From positions 21,514,001-21,578,000 of the forward strand of contig CM106586.1 in assembly GCA_048013815.1 (NCBI GenBank): DNA of 64,000 bases, given 5' to 3'. This document shows positions 61,401 through 64,000 of the stretch, piece after piece. A program made the translations under genes and the position numbers. The stretch's first letter is position 1. Every line of letters begins with the position of its first letter. The DNA comes from Setoptus koraiensis (taxonomy: Eukaryota > Animalia > Arthropoda). The notes beneath the pieces are model-generated. The model saw only the letters and a list, made by a program, of their open reading frames with translations, did not search any database and was not told the DNA's origin.

Positions 61401-62773
61401 TGTTGAAGACAGGTGCCAATCTGGCCAAGTGGATGGTGGATCAAAAACTAAAGATTGATTTAGTTCCTCTATTTACTGCTCGCCAACCAGCAATCACTGA
61501 AGAAGAATCGAAAATTCTTCTTGAAGAATGGAATGATGAACTAGAAATGATGGATGCCATTATATTGGATGGCAGCAAAAGATTTGTTATGTTACCAGAA
61601 TCCGAATTTGGACATTTTTATAGTGAGGATTGTTATGTTTTTTTGTGCAAGTATTACTTAATGATGGATGAAACTGAAAGTTCGTCCAGTGATCCGGGAT
61701 CTGAGGACCAGCGACTACCCAATGGGGTCGCTGTCACTGATGGTAATGATGTGAAAGACAATCACAGTAATGAGGCAGAATTTAGATGGGTAGTATATTT
61801 CTGGCAAGGTCGTGATGCATCTAATATGGGATGGCTGACTTTCACTTTCAGCTTACAGAAGAAATTTGAGTCGCGATTCGGAAAAAAACTCGAAGTCATT
61901 CGCATGCATCAGCAGCAAGAAAATATCAAGTTTTTGTCTCATTTTAAACAGAAGTTCATTATACACAAAGGAAAAAGAGGTCAATCGAAGCCGAAGCAGG
62001 TCGAATTCTATCATCTCCGTAGTAATAGTAATCCTATAACGTTCAGATGCATAGAAATAGAGCCAGATGCTTCTAATCTGAACTCTGGATTTTGTTACAT
62101 TCTGAAACTTGCGACTGGTCAGCAAAGCAATTTAACGAACGGATCTCACACGAATGGCAATGGAATTCACGATAAATCAAATCTTTCTCTTAACGATAAG
62201 GACTGTGTGGTCTATGTTTGGATAGGATCAAAAGCTGACAGTTCAGATGCCAAACTAGCGCTAGAAGTGGCTTCGGAGAAATTTATTTCGTCAGAAATAA
62301 TAACTGTCAATGAGGGTCAAGAGCCGGACAATTTCTTTTTAGTTGGACTGAATGGAAAGAAAGAGTATGATACTGAATCAACGTTCATGCAATTCACCAG
62401 GTTGTTCAGATGCTCTAATGATAAAGGATACTTTAGTATTTCAGAGAAATGCGCAGATTTTTGTCAAGACGATTTATCAGACGAAGATATTATGATTCTT
62501 GATAACGGGACTCAAGTGTTTCTCTGGGTTGGTTCTAAATCAAGTGAAGTTGAGATCAAATTGGCCTACAAGAGCGCGCAAGTATATGTGCAAAATTTAC
62601 GAATCAAACAGACAGATCGACCACGACAACTTATGTTGACTTTTAAGGGTAAAGAGACTAGAAAGTTCACCAAATGCTTTCATGGTTGGAGCCAACACAA
62701 AACTATTAGAGACCCTAGAGGCGACGAAAGGAAGTTCCTACTAATCAATGCACAAGCAGATGGTGATATGTAA
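58409..62773 (+). CDS. FLII: protein flightless-1 (LRR + gelsolin repeats)
   Basis: Exons 58409-59669, 59784-60765, 60864-60995, 61092-61205, 61318-62773 (3945 nt, 1314 aa). TGVLPFLRGADLS..DF start, LRRs, DPIARKLRLRRR, gelsolin motifs GKFYEADCYIIL, FTKCFHGWS. Confidence 0.96.
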
Positions 62774-62814
62774 ATTTCTAGTAATGTTATTTTTAGTAAT
62801 AAAGCCAATAAGAT

Positions 62815-63573
62815 CTAAGCTTGCATACGAAGTGCACCATCCAAACGGATAACAGATCCATTGAGAAAAGAATTTTCTAATATAGATTGAACTAGGTGTC
62901 CGAATTCCAATGGATCACCCAATCTCGGTGGACATGGGACTTGTTGAGCTAGAAGGGTTTTCACCTTCGGGGGAAGTTTGTCCATAAGTGGCGTATCGAA
63001 AACGCCTGGCGCAATAGTCATACATCGTATGCCTAGGCCAGCCAAATCTCTAGATATGGCCAAAGTCATAGAGTTGACCGCACCTTTACTCGCGGCATAG
63101 GCAATTTGTCCAACTTGGGCATCATAAGCTGCTATTGATGATGTTAGAATAATGCATCCCTTTAGACCATTTTCAGCATCATTTTTAACCATATGTTGAG
63201 GACTAAGACGGACCAAGTTGAATGTTCCCAAGGTATTAACTTCTAGCACTTTTTTGAAATCTTCCATTGAATGAATTTTATCACGTTTGGCATCGTAAGT
63301 CTTGGCAGCAATGCCTATACCAGCACAACTAACCAAGGCATTGAAGTAGCCAAACTTATCTATTGTCTCTAGGTAGGCACTGGACACATCAGTTTCATTG
63401 GCAACATCCCCTTGGATGGATATAAGATTGGGATGTTTAAAATCGGGCGTCTTTAAATCAAATGAGACACATCCTTTGATTCCTTGATCTAATAGTCTTC
63501 GAACCGTTCCCAAGCCCAGTCCCGAGGCTCCTCCACTGACAAAAGCTACCATGTTTTTTAGTGATCCAATCAT
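62815..63573 (-). CDS. HSD17B10: 3-hydroxyacyl-CoA dehydrogenase type 2 (scully/HSD17B10), intronless
   Basis: VSGGASGLG Rossmann motif, VSCAGIG, YAASKG catalytic YxxxK, RLGDP.EF, IRLDGALRMQA. Confidence 0.94.
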   Translation of the reverse strand: MIGSLKNMVAFVSGGASGLGLGTVRRLLDQGIKGCVSFDLKTPDFKHPNLISIQGDVANETDVSSAYLETIDKFGYFNALVSCAGIGIAAKTYDAKRDKIHSMEDFKKVLEVNTLGTFNLVRLSPQHMVKNDAENGLKGCIILTSSIAAYDAQVGQIAYAASKGAVNSMTLAISRDLAGLGIRCMTIAPGVFDTPLMDKLPPKVKTLLAQQVPCPPRLGDPLEFGHLVQSILENSFLNGSVIRLDGALRMQA

Positions 63574-64000
63574 TGTGGAAATGTTCTGTATTCTCAAGTA
63601 AAAAAAGAAATAAGAATATATTGCGCTAGTAATAATGACCACTTTGTTGATTATTTGCACAAAAAGAAGTAAATGTACATTTATCACGGAAACCCAAGAA
63701 GAGAGATCCTATTTCACAAGACTACTCTGTACTAGAGATGGCAAGAGCAAGTGGCACCTTTGCTCCTGCTGTTTAAGCTGCGTGCCTTCTACAGTGCATT
63801 TTCTAACAAAATGTGCCGTGGATATAAAATCTTATCGCTGGTCACACCACAGAATGCAGCAAAAAAGTGCGGTGCACCCGACCCGCGTCCCGGCCGTCGC
63901 GCCCCCAACAATCATCAATGATGATGAAACAGATGACATGTAATCATTCTATAAGTTTATTTTAACTTTATTAGCCGGTGTTTTCTGTAATAAATTTGGA

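Noticed and set aside
63635-63943. 102-aa plus-strand ORF at the right edge
   Set aside because: No recognisable family. It overlaps the HSD17B10 upstream region; a TGGTCACACC motif-1-like word at 63839 is too weak to call.
1-64000. tRNA, rRNA, snRNA, conserved miRNA and transposase/RT sequences
   Set aside because: None recognised by eye. tRNAscan-SE, Infernal/Rfam and RepeatMasker would be needed to exclude divergent copies.

Overview
Eukaryotic (metazoan) genomic DNA. It is probably from a compact arthropod genome such as an eriophyoid-type mite; this is an inference from intron-poor conserved genes and tiny intergenic gaps, not a proven assignment. The window has two contrasting halves. 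Bases ~1-27,000 are GC-rich, gene-sparse and full of short tandem duplications and small palindromes. They carry a 7-exon Ig-superfamily cell-surface gene (~13.9-19.1 kb) and a secreted Ser/Thr-rich gene (25.25 kb onward) that probably splices into a catalytically dead Cu/Zn-SOD-like domain. Bases ~29,900-64,000 are AT-richer and densely packed with housekeeping genes: GLYR1, a short NCOA6-like gene, CSE1L, Nopp140/NOLC1-like, MED19, DBT, ZnT2-type zinc transporter, PLD3, short NOL11-like, YPEL, CNOT9, RPB3, glutaredoxin, flightless-I and HSD17B10. The most striking structure is a nested rearrangement at 42.7-48.0 kb. A ~2-kb tandem duplication produced a second, intact ZnT ORF whose new N-terminus is read from the antisense strand of a DBT fragment. 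An inverted, truncated Nopp140 copy was then inserted with a ~57-bp target duplication. No tRNA, rRNA, CRISPR array or recognisable transposase was seen.
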